From positions 32,001-96,000 of the IMG/VR virus record IMGVR_UViG_3300036884_000495: DNA of 64,000 bases. The stretch is one strand, 5' to 3'. Under the pieces are notes generated by a model that was given only the letters and a program-made list of their open reading frames with translations, did no database searches and was not told where the DNA came from. Positions 9,523-19,577 of the stretch are shown here, piece by piece; position 1 is the first letter of the stretch, and each line of letters begins with the position of its first letter. A program made the translations under genes and the position numbers. This DNA is from a virus.

Positions 9523-10866
9523 CTATTTTCCCGCAGACTCCGCAGGGAACGCCTGGAGAAGTTCGTTTGCGACCTGCACGTGCGCATTCGCCTTGATCTG
9601 TTGCTTGTACCAGTTGAGGGCCGTGGGCAAGTCGCAGCCGTTCTGCTGTTGCACGAAGAGCACGATCGCCATGAGCGAGAGGTTGTCAATGCGTGCATTG
9701 CCGATCACACGCGCGTGGATGTCCTTCACGTATTCGTCGACGCCCTCTTGCGCCTTGCGCATGGCATCCATCGCCGTTGCGAGCGTCTTCACTTGCGCCA
9801 TCAAGGTCGCAATGTCTGCGCCGCCCGTGGGCGCCGTTGGTTGCGGCTGCGGCATCTGTTGGATGCCTGGCTGCCACTGGGTGGGTACCAGTGGCGCGCC
9901 CTGCATTCCCATGGATGGCGCACCTTGCATCGGCGGTGGTGAGCCCATCGGCGCACCCTGCATTCCCGGAAAGCCGCCACCCATCGGCGGTCCCATTTGA
10001 GGGCTAGAAGTTCCCATACCAGGGATGCCGCCCGTCGGTTGCATCATGGGCATCGTCGGCATCTGTTGGCTGACCATGTGCTGTCCCGTCTGCGCCATTT
10101 GGGGCTGCTGTTGTCCCATCATCATGGGCTGCCCCATGGGAGCGGGCGCTTGTTGTAGGCCGGGGATTTGCTGTTGATTCTGTGCTTGCGGGTGACTGGG
10201 TGCCATGGGTTCTGCTTCCTTCTTCTTCTGATCGTATTCGATGAGTGCTTCGTGTACTGCGGCCGCGCGTTGCTCTTTAGGCATCGCGTTGAACGCCAGC
10301 TTTTGCTCTTGGGTGTTTACTTTTCCTGTGAGGTACATCAATCGGTACTGGTGGGACAGCGGCAGCGCCATGAGCGCGTGCAGTTCACGGGGTACTTCTT
10401 TTATGTCGACAGTGCCGGCCATCATGCTGTTTTCCTTCGGTGTGATGGCTACGTAGGGCGTAGCCAGTTGCAGTTGTTGTAGACGTTGCCTGTTTTGGGG
10501 TGATAGGTTGGCGACACAAGCCACAACTTGCATGTCCATGCATTTGTAGCAAGGCCTCGCATCCTTCTTAGCGGGGTCTGGGTGCCGCATGTTCTTGGCG
10601 GGGCACTTCAGTTGCGCCTGTAGTTGCTGCCAGTACTCGTCGATGAAGGCTATGAGCCCGTTGCGAATGCCATCGATAATGTGCTCCTCGGCAGCTTCGG
10701 GGAGCATGAAGGTGAGTACGCCTAGGTAGTATTCACGAGGCTGATGCGGTTGTACGCACAAGCCAGCTTTGCGACAGCACTGATACAGTTCTGTGGGGTT
10801 GAGCTGCGCGTACCCCTCATAGAGCGCTTGTACTTCTGGTGGCCACGAATTGGGCGATTGGTCCAT
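9523..10866 (-). CDS. Hypothetical protein with Cys-rich N-terminus, Q/P/M/G low-complexity linker and coiled-coil C-terminus; probable -1 frameshift extension to 9341
   Basis: Long ORF with likely start MDQSP behind GGGAG. It ends in G GGA AAA TAG. Confidence 0.7.
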   Translation of the reverse strand: MDQSPNSWPPEVQALYEGYAQLNPTELYQCCRKAGLCVQPHQPREYYLGVLTFMLPEAAEEHIIDGIRNGLIAFIDEYWQQLQAQLKCPAKNMRHPDPAKKDARPCYKCMDMQVVACVANLSPQNRQRLQQLQLATPYVAITPKENSMMAGTVDIKEVPRELHALMALPLSHQYRLMYLTGKVNTQEQKLAFNAMPKEQRAAAVHEALIEYDQKKKEAEPMAPSHPQAQNQQQIPGLQQAPAPMGQPMMMGQQQPQMAQTGQHMVSQQMPTMPMMQPTGGIPGMGTSSPQMGPPMGGGFPGMQGAPMGSPPPMQGAPSMGMQGAPLVPTQWQPGIQQMPQPQPTAPTGGADIATLMAQVKTLATAMDAMRKAQEGVDEYVKDIHARVIGNARIDNLSLMAIVLFVQQQNGCDLPTALNWYKQQIKANAHVQVANELLQAFPAESAGK

Positions 10867-11290
10867 TCTCAAACTCCCCCCACGCCCATACTTCAACGTA
10901 CGGGTCTTGGCCAGGCATTACTTCTCCTTTGGTGACACTGATTGATATGTGCTGGGCGTCGTCGTAGCCAGCGGCCTCCACGATCGTATCCTCCAATAAC
11001 TTGACTCGGTTACTGGCGTCTGTTTTCTTATGCCGCCGAACCTTGGGGTCTTTCCCCCAGGTTTTGCAGTACACGTCGCCGATGGCGAAGAGCGCGATGA
11101 TAACCACCTCGAACTCCTCGTCCTTCCGTGAGAAGAAGGAGAGGAACTCGGGGTGGTTTCGTCCAAGGAAGTTCTGGACCTCACGCTTGTATGCTTTGCC
11201 TTCCTTCTTTAGAACGCGCATGTTCCTGCCCACGGTGGCATACGCATTGTTAGCGGATGGTGGGAAGAAAGGGACAGTGATGTGGATCAT
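10817..11290 (-). CDS. rusA: RusA-family Holliday junction resolvase
   Basis: PPSANN N-terminal motif and D-x-x-N-x-x-K-x-x-x-D...DD catalytic pattern (DASNRVKLLEDTI..GYDDAQ). Confidence 0.8.
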   Translation of the reverse strand: MIHITVPFFPPSANNAYATVGRNMRVLKKEGKAYKREVQNFLGRNHPEFLSFFSRKDEEFEVVIIALFAIGDVYCKTWGKDPKVRRHKKTDASNRVKLLEDTIVEAAGYDDAQHISISVTKGEVMPGQDPYVEVWAWGEFENGPIAQFVATRSTSAL

Positions 11291-11865
11291 TCAGTGAGCC
11301 TACGCTGCCCCCTGCGTCCGCCCGCAGCGCCTCCGAGTTCGATGCTCTGTCCGCGTAGGGTGACCTGGCGGCTAAGGCCCCGTGCATGACGCTCGAGGCC
11401 CTCTAGCTGAGCGTCTAGGTGTCGTTGCATGATGTAGTAGTCCTGCTCAAGGCGCAGTAGTTCGCGGTAATGAGGGAGCTCCTGTAGGAGGTCCTTCATC
11501 TCGGCTTCCGAGGGCTTCTTTCGTGTCTTCGCTTCCACCTCGAGGCGGACTTGCTTACGAAGGTCTACGCCCATCATCGCCATCTCGTTGCGGATGGTGT
11601 CGAGGCGCCCCTTCACCATGGCGAGCGTGGCCCCGGTGTACGCAAACCAGGCGTCTACTTTCCCCATGAGGATGGAGTACGCATCGCCTTCCAGTTGCGT
11701 GTACGTCTCGGGGTTGATCTGTGGGCAGGGGAACGGGGGCTGCCCAGGAGGGTCGAAGCCGTCTACGGACAGCTTCATGAAGATCTCGTCGTAGCTATCC
11801 CAGGCCGCATGTTCGGCCTGCTGCTGCGACTGGCCAATGCCAATATTCGAAGGTGCTTGTAACAT
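11287..11865 (-). CDS. Coiled-coil protein, possibly UvsY-like recombination mediator
   Basis: All-helical 192 aa (KKPSEAEMKD...LERHARGLSRQVTLR) inside the recombination cluster near RecA. Confidence 0.45.
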   Translation of the reverse strand: MLQAPSNIGIGQSQQQAEHAAWDSYDEIFMKLSVDGFDPPGQPPFPCPQINPETYTQLEGDAYSILMGKVDAWFAYTGATLAMVKGRLDTIRNEMAMMGVDLRKQVRLEVEAKTRKKPSEAEMKDLLQELPHYRELLRLEQDYYIMQRHLDAQLEGLERHARGLSRQVTLRGQSIELGGAAGGRRGQRRLTE

Positions 11866-12728
11866 TACGTGAGCTTCCTTGCCTTTCTGGTGGGTGCGGG
11901 GGCCTGCCTCGCGGCAGCCATTCGGTTGTAGGAGGGCTCACAGGTCTTGGCGTAAGAACACCAGGAGCACGGCATGCCCTCCTCTCTATCCGGCAGGGTG
12001 CCCTGCCGGGCGAAGTCGTGTGCTTGAACCATCCGACTCTCTAGGCGGTTCCAGGTGCCCCTGTCGAATGGAACGATCCAAGGGGTGAGTGGTGGCGTGT
12101 TGTTCGAGTTGCTCTTGTTGTAGTAGAGGAACCAGATCAGGGGCACATCAAAGCACTTCTGGTAGAGCGTGCCTTGCATAACGTGCGGTTCCTTTGGCTT
12201 GTTCGCCTTCTCGAATTCGGGCCCGCTCATGGACTTGATCTCAAGTGCCACCCGTAGGTACGGGTTGTCATGCTCGTCGTAGAAGACGAAGATGCCGTCG
12301 GTGCTGGAGGATACCTGGAACTTCGCGGCGACGTCGCTGGTCTTAGATGTGATGCGCGCTTCGTCCGTGAAGACGATGCGTCCATCTGTCAGCATGCACA
12401 TGCGCTGGAAGTCGTCTTGGATGAGGGCGTGCACCATATGCCCTATGTCGAAGCGCTTCTGCATGTTGATGTTGGCGTTGTCCGTATCTGCGTTGTTCTC
12501 GGTGCCTATCAGCGAGTAGGTAGCCTGGCGAAGGCACCCGCAGATCTCTGAGGCGTGGATACCGGGCGCCCTGTGCCCATCGCCGCCAATGTGGATAGGG
12601 AAGTGGCGGTCACCGTGGTACGTCGCCTTGTACTTATCCCAGATCGCCTGGAGTGCAGCCACGTGATCCAGAAGCGGCTTCCAGTCGTTGTCAGGGGCGG
12701 TCAGATCATCAATCGTCAGAAGTCTCAC
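11865..12728 (-). CDS. Cas4-like PD-(D/E)XK exonuclease with Fe-S cysteines
   Basis: ASEICGCLRQ, GHMVH, DGI..LEIKS, Q..LY and a C-terminal CSWCSYAKTC. Confidence 0.8.
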   Translation of the reverse strand: MRLLTIDDLTAPDNDWKPLLDHVAALQAIWDKYKATYHGDRHFPIHIGGDGHRAPGIHASEICGCLRQATYSLIGTENNADTDNANINMQKRFDIGHMVHALIQDDFQRMCMLTDGRIVFTDEARITSKTSDVAAKFQVSSSTDGIFVFYDEHDNPYLRVALEIKSMSGPEFEKANKPKEPHVMQGTLYQKCFDVPLIWFLYYNKSNSNNTPPLTPWIVPFDRGTWNRLESRMVQAHDFARQGTLPDREEGMPCSWCSYAKTCEPSYNRMAAARQAPAPTRKARKLT

Positions 12729-13227
12729 TCAGTACCTTCTTCCAGTGTTCGTAGGGGACGAGAATCCATTGGTCCTCCACCATACAGGTGCCTTGGTTGG
12801 TGAAGTTGACTTGGAAGAGAGGCACCTCTCCGTAGCCGCACTCGCCGCGGATCTTGGAGAGCTCCTCCCGCGTAATGGTGATGCCCTTTGTGAACCGCGT
12901 TTTGTTCTCTATGCGGTACTTGCCCTTCACTACGCCGTCACCCTTACGCCAAGGGACAGCGCCGGAGCCTCGCTGCCGCTGTCCACCCATGTCTTCTGCG
13001 ACACGGGTTTCTTGCTTCATCGATGCCTTCTTCATCTGCTTGGCAGAAGGCATGGGCGGTGCGGGTTCCTTGAGGATGATGGTGATGGGGCGCTGCTTTT
13101 CGAGGGCGTCGAGCAGTGTGTTGTGGGTGCACTGCCAGAAGCCAGTCGCCTGCCCCACGGCGCATGCAACCGTGTACGTACCCGTAGGGTCGACCCCCAC
13201 GGGCAATAGCTTCAGCGATACAAGCAC
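12709..13227 (-). CDS. PD-(D/E)XK endonuclease (Holliday-junction-resolvase-like); start uncertain
   Basis: KQETRVAEDMGG...GSGA..KGDG...IENK pattern. The ORF-track extension to 13449 overlaps recA and is unlikely. Confidence 0.65.
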   Translation of the reverse strand: MLVSLKLLPVGVDPTGTYTVACAVGQATGFWQCTHNTLLDALEKQRPITIILKEPAPPMPSAKQMKKASMKQETRVAEDMGGQRQRGSGAVPWRKGDGVVKGKYRIENKTRFTKGITITREELSKIRGECGYGEVPLFQVNFTNQGTCMVEDQWILVPYEHWKKVLSETSDD

Positions 13228-14501
13228 TGAACGCCCGCTGCTTTGAGGATCTCTTGGCGCAGGAAGAACTCGAAGGTGAGGTCTGTCCAAATGCGCTCTC
13301 GAATCTCGCGGTCGGTCTTGTAGCAAGTAGGTTCGATGGGCTGGCGCGTAGCGGGGTCCGTCACGCGCAAACCATCCCCGAAGTGCATGATGACGCTGTA
13401 GTGGTAGGCGGCCTGTAGCAACTCGCCCGCTTCGTCGGTGCCGAACCACTTCCAGTAGTAGTTGTACGTGCCGGCGACGTTGTCGTGCGTGCCCGCCTTG
13501 CCTTTGGCGGTCTTCCAGTGAATGGCTTTGCCCACGACTTCATCGCCCACTTTTTGCTGGGCGCCGCTGTACACGGTAAGGTCTATGAGCTTGTAGTGCT
13601 TGGTGGCTTCGCTGCCTTTGGCTTCCCACTCAGGCAGGTACTTGGCGGCGTATCCAGCGTTCGCTTTATCACGCTGAACAACCTGTTGAACGAGCATCGT
13701 GGTTGTCACGTTTGTGCCGGCGCGCATCATCGGGTTGAAGCGAAGCCAGAACTCCTTCATCATGCCCGCGGAACCCGCGCGCTTGCTGTCTTCGTCCATC
13801 GTCTTGTCGGCGTCGAAGCGCGATTGGAGACCAGAGATACTGTCCACAGCGACGATGTTGAACACGTTCTCCTTGTTGGCGTTTAGGACACCTTGGAGAA
13901 CGTCGTCACCTGTATCGCCTTTGATGACTTCGACGATACCCACTTGGCGCTTGTAGCTGTCTACCTGCTCGTTTGTGAGCTCGGGTCGTCGCTCATTTCG
14001 CAGCACCTTATTGAGGTCGTCGATCACACCATCAGGGACTGAGATCTTGAACCCAGAGTTGTGCATGTACAGGTAGTCGATTGCGCCCTCTACGTGGGCG
14101 ATGGCGCACGCAAAGGCATTGCCATAAAGTCGCTGTTGTAGCCCGCACATACGCCAAAGTAGATTGCTCTTTGTGGATCCAAAGGGGCCGCTTAGGCAGG
14201 AGGCGCCACCCGCCGGGAAGCCGCCGGCGAGCGCGATATCCAGAGAGATGATGCCCGTAGGGCGACGAAGAATGTACGGGGACGACATGGCATCGATGTC
14301 GACAAACGTCTCCGGGTTCTTCTGGCGAAGAGCGCTGATCTTGCGCATCTTCTCTTCGTACGTGAGGTCCGTGACCCGCTTGTCGACTTCGGGCTCAAGT
14401 CCTTGTAGTTCGTACGCCGGTGCCGCGGGGGCATCCGGCATATGAATCTTCGCGGCTTTGCCTTCTACCTTGACGGGTGCGCTTTGCTTCTTTGCGGCCA
14501 T
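13212..14501 (-). CDS. recA: RecA/UvsX-like recombinase
   Basis: TGIISLDIALAGGFPAG, Walker A variant GPFGSTKS, Walker B IVAVDSI, and an AAGGAG RBS. Confidence 0.85.
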   Translation of the reverse strand: MAAKKQSAPVKVEGKAAKIHMPDAPAAPAYELQGLEPEVDKRVTDLTYEEKMRKISALRQKNPETFVDIDAMSSPYILRRPTGIISLDIALAGGFPAGGASCLSGPFGSTKSNLLWRMCGLQQRLYGNAFACAIAHVEGAIDYLYMHNSGFKISVPDGVIDDLNKVLRNERRPELTNEQVDSYKRQVGIVEVIKGDTGDDVLQGVLNANKENVFNIVAVDSISGLQSRFDADKTMDEDSKRAGSAGMMKEFWLRFNPMMRAGTNVTTTMLVQQVVQRDKANAGYAAKYLPEWEAKGSEATKHYKLIDLTVYSGAQQKVGDEVVGKAIHWKTAKGKAGTHDNVAGTYNYYWKWFGTDEAGELLQAAYHYSVIMHFGDGLRVTDPATRQPIEPTCYKTDREIRERIWTDLTFEFFLRQEILKAAGVQCLYR

Positions 14502-14653
14502 GTCTCTCCTTCAAACGGCTCGGTGCCGTGTTTAGGGCACGAAAGTACGTGCCCTAGTTTTTCAAGTTGACTGCCGCATACGGGGCATCCGTGTGCAGCG
14601 CGCTTCTCGAGTTCTTCTTGGTCAACGGTCTCTACTACGCCGAGCTTTTCCAT
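14465..14653 (-). CDS. Small zinc-ribbon protein
   Basis: 62 aa with CPVC...CPKH and a strong AAGGAG RBS. Confidence 0.6.
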   Translation of the reverse strand: MEKLGVVETVDQEELEKRAAHGCPVCGSQLEKLGHVLSCPKHGTEPFEGETWPQRSKAHPSR

Positions 14654-14969
14654 GTTCGTTCTCCTTCAGTGCGACCCGTAATTGAGGCGCTTTTGAAAAG
14701 TATATGCGTACCTGGGTCTGGACGTGGAAGCTAGCTGTTGTGCGCTTTCCTGCGAAGTGACCTTGTACGAGGGCCACTTCGTGGTTGAAGCGCGAGACAC
14801 AGCGCCGGAGAGTTCCGACGCCTGGGATGGTGACTACACCGGCCTCCACGAGTTCTTCACGAAGTAGCTCGTAGAAGGCGTTGAGTGCTGTAGCGACCTT
14901 GCGCGGATGAACGCCCGAACGCCGGGCGACTTCACTATGTAGGGCGGCTCTGTTGTTAGTTCTTGGCAT
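14622..14969 (-). CDS. HU/IHF-like histone-like DNA-binding protein
   Basis: Two helices then GVVTIPGVGTL...VRIYFSKAPQLR, matching the HU fold pattern. Confidence 0.75.
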   Translation of the reverse strand: MPRTNNRAALHSEVARRSGVHPRKVATALNAFYELLREELVEAGVVTIPGVGTLRRCVSRFNHEVALVQGHFAGKRTTASFHVQTQVRIYFSKAPQLRVALKENEHGKARRSRDR

Positions 14970-14975
14970 GTTGTT

Positions 14976-16985
14976 TTACTTCGCTTCGGCCCAGCTCTTA
15001 CCGCGCCCGCCATCGGCAGGAAGCGGGCAAAGCAGGTCGATACTGAATGGGTGCGCCATCGCGTCTTCAATCTCCCGCAGGCATTCGTCCGCGTGTTCAT
15101 CCGGCACCTCGTACACCAATTCGTCGTGGACTTGGAGCACGCAGTGACAGTCGAAGAAACGATCTAGGCCGATGCAGTCGATGTTGGTCTGCGCTGCGCG
15201 CGTGACGTCTGCCGCACTTCCTTGGATCTGTGTATTTACCGCGAGACGTTCTCCGAGAGCTTGTTCCGCCTTACTCGATGAACCGATCATCGGGATGTTG
15301 CGGCGACGGCCCATCACGGTGAACGCGAACCCGTACTTCTTGCCCTCCTCGATAGCTTCTTTCATGAAGTGCTCGACGGCTGGATATGTGCCCTTGTACT
15401 GTGCGATCTTGTCCTTGGCTTCGCTGACGGTGCAGCCGATGTCCCCCGCGAGCTTGTTTGGACCCATTCCGTAATTTAAGCCGAAGCCGACCGCCTTCGC
15501 GGCAGTTCGCCAGAAGGCGCACTGACGAAGGTAGCCATCGAGGGTCATCTGCCTGTCGGAGGCGCGGGCAAGAACACCAGGGAGTTTGGACTCCGCAGCG
15601 TCGATGGTCTCCCCCGGCGTGCTGCACTTCTTCAACTTCTTGAGGAGATCTTTCGCCTCGTTGATGTCCTCGTAGTCCTTGCTGTTATTGAACATCAGAG
15701 CGGCGTTGCCCGCGTGGATGTCCCACCCCCGCAAGAAGACATCGACCATCGACTGCTCTTGTGCGGCACATGCTAGAAGACGCATTTCCAGCTGTTGATA
15801 ATCGGCGCAAAGTAGGGACCAACCGGGCTCCGTGATGAAGGCGCCGCGAAGGTTCCACTCGTCGTTCTCCGCACGAGGTAAATTTTGCAAGTTCGGATCA
15901 CTGCAGCTAAGACGACCAGTCCTGGCTCCCGCCTGGTTATAGTTCGCGTGGATACGGTCGTTCGGGTCCACAATCTCATTGAGGCCGATGATGTACGTAC
16001 CCAGCAACTTCGAGTACTCGCGTTCTTCGAGCATTAGTTTGAAGAGCGGCACTTCGTGCTCGTAGTGCTCTAGGACCGTGGAGTCCCATGAGGGTTTTCG
16101 CTCGCCTGTCTTGCCGCCTTTGGTCCACTTGATGGGCGGTATCTTTTGCTTCTCGGCGTAGGCAGCGAGTTGCTTCGTAGAGTTCGGGTTGATTGGCTCC
16201 CCTGCGAGGTGCACAATCTCTCGACGTATCTCTTTGATCTTCTCTTCCGCCTCGGGGCGCGCGGCGAGAAAGCGTTGCCGGTCGATCTTCACACCCCGGC
16301 GCTCCATCTTCCACAGCGCCTTCGTGTAGGGGCTCTCTATCTTGGAGAAGAAGTCCCAGAGCGCCTCGATGTACGGGGGATGACGTTGGAAGAGGGAATA
16401 GGTCTTCTCTCGCTCCAACATCTCTTTGAGGGCGAAGTAGCTGCGTAGCGTGCCCCACGCATCATTCGCGGCATACTCAATGAGCAACGCCATGTTCTCG
16501 CGTTCTGCCTTCTCAATGAGTTGCTTGGGGGATTGTGCGGCGCAGATCTTTCCAAACTGGTCCTGGAAGTCGGCCCACGTCCACCCGAGAATGTGCTGCG
16601 CGATGTACTTTAGCTTGTGCGGTTTGTCGTCGAACATGAGGGCGTGCATGACCTGCACGTCGTGCCACTTGCCGAGAATCGAGTAGCCGTAGTTCGCGAG
16701 GATGTGCATGTCATACTTCGCGTTGGCGAGCGGCCACGTGATGTCCGGGTTACCGAAGCACGGTATGAAGTGTGGCAGCATGTCTGCGTGTAGCGTGGCG
16801 CGCTGATTACCCCAGGCCAGAGAGAAGTAGAGGGGGACATCCCGCCACTTCACAAGCCCGGTGGTCTCAGTATCGATAGCGACGACAGGCGAGTGGTACA
16901 CCTCGGTGACAATGCGTTGTATTTCATGTGCGGGCGTTTGGTGTCCGACGTATTGGGCGGTTGGTGCGTCTATATTCCAGGCCAT
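14976..16985 (-). CDS. polA: Family A DNA polymerase (3'-5' exonuclease plus polymerase)
   Basis: ExoI IDTETTG, ExoII NAKYD, ExoIII YAAND, TGRLSCSDPNLQN, motif A DYQQLEMR, motif B R..AKAVGFGLNYG, motif C QVHDEL. Start MAWNID behind GGAG. Confidence 0.95.
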   Translation of the reverse strand: MAWNIDAPTAQYVGHQTPAHEIQRIVTEVYHSPVVAIDTETTGLVKWRDVPLYFSLAWGNQRATLHADMLPHFIPCFGNPDITWPLANAKYDMHILANYGYSILGKWHDVQVMHALMFDDKPHKLKYIAQHILGWTWADFQDQFGKICAAQSPKQLIEKAERENMALLIEYAANDAWGTLRSYFALKEMLEREKTYSLFQRHPPYIEALWDFFSKIESPYTKALWKMERRGVKIDRQRFLAARPEAEEKIKEIRREIVHLAGEPINPNSTKQLAAYAEKQKIPPIKWTKGGKTGERKPSWDSTVLEHYEHEVPLFKLMLEEREYSKLLGTYIIGLNEIVDPNDRIHANYNQAGARTGRLSCSDPNLQNLPRAENDEWNLRGAFITEPGWSLLCADYQQLEMRLLACAAQEQSMVDVFLRGWDIHAGNAALMFNNSKDYEDINEAKDLLKKLKKCSTPGETIDAAESKLPGVLARASDRQMTLDGYLRQCAFWRTAAKAVGFGLNYGMGPNKLAGDIGCTVSEAKDKIAQYKGTYPAVEHFMKEAIEEGKKYGFAFTVMGRRRNIPMIGSSSKAEQALGERLAVNTQIQGSAADVTRAAQTNIDCIGLDRFFDCHCVLQVHDELVYEVPDEHADECLREIEDAMAHPFSIDLLCPLPADGGRGKSWAEAK

Positions 16986-16998
16986 AAAACTCCATAGG

Positions 16999-17037
16999 CA
17001 AAGAAAACCCCCGCACCGGAAAACCGGCACGGGGGTT
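16999..17037 (-). terminator. Intrinsic terminator/attenuator between the SSB-like gene and the DNA polymerase
   Basis: Minus-strand stem AACCCCCGTGCCGG-TTTT-CCGGTGCGGGGGTT followed by TTCTTT. Confidence 0.75.
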
Positions 17038-17051
17038 GTTTCAGGTTTCTA

Positions 17052-18500
17052 TCAGCGCTGTCCTGGATACGGCATGCCCGGCGCCGGATACCCCTGTGGC
17101 GGGTAGTAGGGTGCGGGTTGCTGCGCCGGGGGCTGCTGCACCTGTGAGTAGCCGGGGGGCTGCATGTATGCCGGCGGGGGCATGTAGCCGTTCGGAACCA
17201 TCTGTGTCTGGGGCGCTTGCATGTAGCCGCCCGCGGGTTGCTGCACCTGGGGTGCGTAAGCCTGCGGATGGTTCTGTTGCTGCCAGTGCGGCGCCGGAGC
17301 TTGTTGCACGGGGGCAGCAAGAGGAGGTATCGCCGACTGGTCCCCTGTAATCAGCGGGATCCCCCACAATTCCGCCTGCTTCTCGAGCGACGTAGGTGTG
17401 TACTTTGCGAGCAGATCCAAGGGCGCGGGCATCGGTCCCGGGCCTTGGAAGGGGCACGGATTGGAGCGATCGAGGATCTGCAGATTGGTCTGTTGCCCGT
17501 CGCCGCTCTTCACAGCCCACAGCTGGAAGTAGACGTCGAACAGAGTCGCGCGCCGTGGTTGCAAGACCTTGTCCGGGGTGCTGTATTGCGCGCACACCGG
17601 GCAAGCCACGAGCTCTTGAATGAGACCCTTGTGTGCACAGACAGGGCACGTGTACGGCTTCGATTCCAGCTCCTCACGCTGTTGCGGGGTGAGCGTGGAG
17701 TTCTGTGGGTCGTACACTTGGTGCTGGCACTGCGGGTTGCTACACACCTTGCTCACGCAACGGATGGACCCTTTCGTTCCACACGTTGCACAGTCGTGCA
17801 TGATGGTCTGGTCCATGTACTGGACCAGGGTGTCCTTGTGAGTGACGCTCATCGGCCACGCAACGAGACGACCCACACTGCTTTCGTACTGGTTGCGACG
17901 TGGGTCGTTGGCCGCGTCGAAGCTCTGTACGGGCTCCCAATCCAAGAATGGATCCTGCGTACCCTGCTTTAGCACTGGAGCGCCGTTGGCCCCGATGCGC
18001 GGAAGTTTGAGCCACAGTCCCGTGTCGTACCAGTTGAATGCGTACATGGGTCTGCTGGACATGCGATTCGGCCCGCGGCTTTGGTCGCCCCGGTTCTTTT
18101 TCTCACGACGTGCGCGCACGTCTTCCCAGAACACCTGGCATCCGATACAGGGTTCTGCTTTGTTCTTTGCGTCGTAGTACGGGCCCGCGCTGCAGATGGC
18201 GCCGCGCTTGTTAGCGGCGTAGTAGTGCTCGCGGAACATGACGTACTCGAGGGTGACCATCTGCACGCTGTCATCGTCACAGATGTCAGGCTGCGTGTAC
18301 TCGCCGGGGATGAAGCGCCCTGTGCGGTGATGGTCCGTGGGTACCTTGAATTGATCTTGCCAGTAGGCGCTGTTCCCTGTGGAACGGCTTGCGCGGTTTT
18401 GCGCCACTTGATTCTTGCGCACCTTGTCTCGTTGAGACATCGTGCCGGATCCGAATGGGGCGATGCCCGCTGCGTCTCGTGGGTCTTTTCCAAAGCTCAT
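17052..18500 (-). CDS. Putative single-stranded DNA-binding protein with zinc fingers and Q/P/Y-rich tail
   Basis: Located between primase and polymerase. EHY..ICS..CIGC motif as in gp32-like SSBs, several CxxC pairs, and an AGGAGG RBS. Confidence 0.5.
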   Translation of the reverse strand: MSFGKDPRDAAGIAPFGSGTMSQRDKVRKNQVAQNRASRSTGNSAYWQDQFKVPTDHHRTGRFIPGEYTQPDICDDDSVQMVTLEYVMFREHYYAANKRGAICSAGPYYDAKNKAEPCIGCQVFWEDVRARREKKNRGDQSRGPNRMSSRPMYAFNWYDTGLWLKLPRIGANGAPVLKQGTQDPFLDWEPVQSFDAANDPRRNQYESSVGRLVAWPMSVTHKDTLVQYMDQTIMHDCATCGTKGSIRCVSKVCSNPQCQHQVYDPQNSTLTPQQREELESKPYTCPVCAHKGLIQELVACPVCAQYSTPDKVLQPRRATLFDVYFQLWAVKSGDGQQTNLQILDRSNPCPFQGPGPMPAPLDLLAKYTPTSLEKQAELWGIPLITGDQSAIPPLAAPVQQAPAPHWQQQNHPQAYAPQVQQPAGGYMQAPQTQMVPNGYMPPPAYMQPPGYSQVQQPPAQQPAPYYPPQGYPAPGMPYPGQR

Positions 18501-18545
18501 TGTGAGCCTCCTGTAATTGACATTGTGTCGTCCATTTATATGCCG

Positions 18546-19577
18546 TTACGGCGTTGTGATCGGGGCGGTGCCCGTACGTTTCATAAGCCAAGCTTCTGCA
18601 TCGACTGCATCGAAGAACTGTTCCCAGATCTCCTCCGCAGTTAAGTTGTCTGGCTGCGCGTGATCGTCATCCGCGAGCCTGTAAGGATATTCGATGACAT
18701 GCGCATCGATAGTAGAACCGTGGTCACGCATGGTCTTGCAAGCGTCGTAAGTGCCTGTGATGCCGGCATCATTGTTGTCCAAGAAGAAGTACACCCGGCC
18801 GTCGAACTTCTCAATAAGCCAGCGTTGTTCCCACGAAAGATAAGAGCCCATAAGGGCGACCACGTTGCGTATTCCCGCTTGCCACACCCACATGCACGCC
18901 TTGTAGCCTTCTACAACTACTAGGTGCTTCTGTGACGGCGTGTTGTGCGCCTGCTGCGCGGAGTAGATCGTGTGCAGGTTGTACAAGACCTTTCGCTTAT
19001 CCCAAGAGATGCGTGCAGGCAAGCCCCACTTCGTGTACTCGCGATCGTAGATCTTGTAGCGAGGGCGTGTGCCCTCGTAGATTGTGCGCCCGTTGATGGC
19101 TACAAGGCGCCCTTCAACATCGTATATGGGGTAGGTAATGCGCCCATGCCACCTGTCGTAGCCCACATCAAAGTGCCGGATGGTTTGCTCTTCAAAACCG
19201 TTGGCTAACAATGACGTGAGCGTGTACCCGTCGAAGTGCCCAAGTACGCTCTCGTCTAACGGAGAGAGGGAGAAGACTCCAGGGTCCGACGTACTGGGCG
19301 CCGCGGGTGCTGCCCTTCTCGCCTCCGTAAGGAGCTCCTTGTACTGGAGGTCCATCATGGCGCGAGATACGCCCACACCCCGAAGGAATGTGTACAGGTT
19401 TCCCTTCGCGTGGCAGGAGTGACAGAAGTACACCCCGTTCAAGACGTTCATCGCGAACGATGGCGTGTTGTCCTCATGAAAAGGACACAACGACATGATG
19501 TTCTCAGCACCCGAGGGCCGCACATTCTGCAGGTACTTCTGCGCGATGTCTAGGATCTCGGTGCGCGTATCAAGCAT
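18546..19577 (-). CDS. dnaG: DNA primase (CHC2 zinc finger plus TOPRIM)
   Basis: CPFHEDNTPSF...YFCHSC, VVVEGY, and FLDNNDAG. Confidence 0.92.
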   Translation of the reverse strand: MLDTRTEILDIAQKYLQNVRPSGAENIMSLCPFHEDNTPSFAMNVLNGVYFCHSCHAKGNLYTFLRGVGVSRAMMDLQYKELLTEARRAAPAAPSTSDPGVFSLSPLDESVLGHFDGYTLTSLLANGFEEQTIRHFDVGYDRWHGRITYPIYDVEGRLVAINGRTIYEGTRPRYKIYDREYTKWGLPARISWDKRKVLYNLHTIYSAQQAHNTPSQKHLVVVEGYKACMWVWQAGIRNVVALMGSYLSWEQRWLIEKFDGRVYFFLDNNDAGITGTYDACKTMRDHGSTIDAHVIEYPYRLADDDHAQPDNLTAEEIWEQFFDAVDAEAWLMKRTGTAPITTP

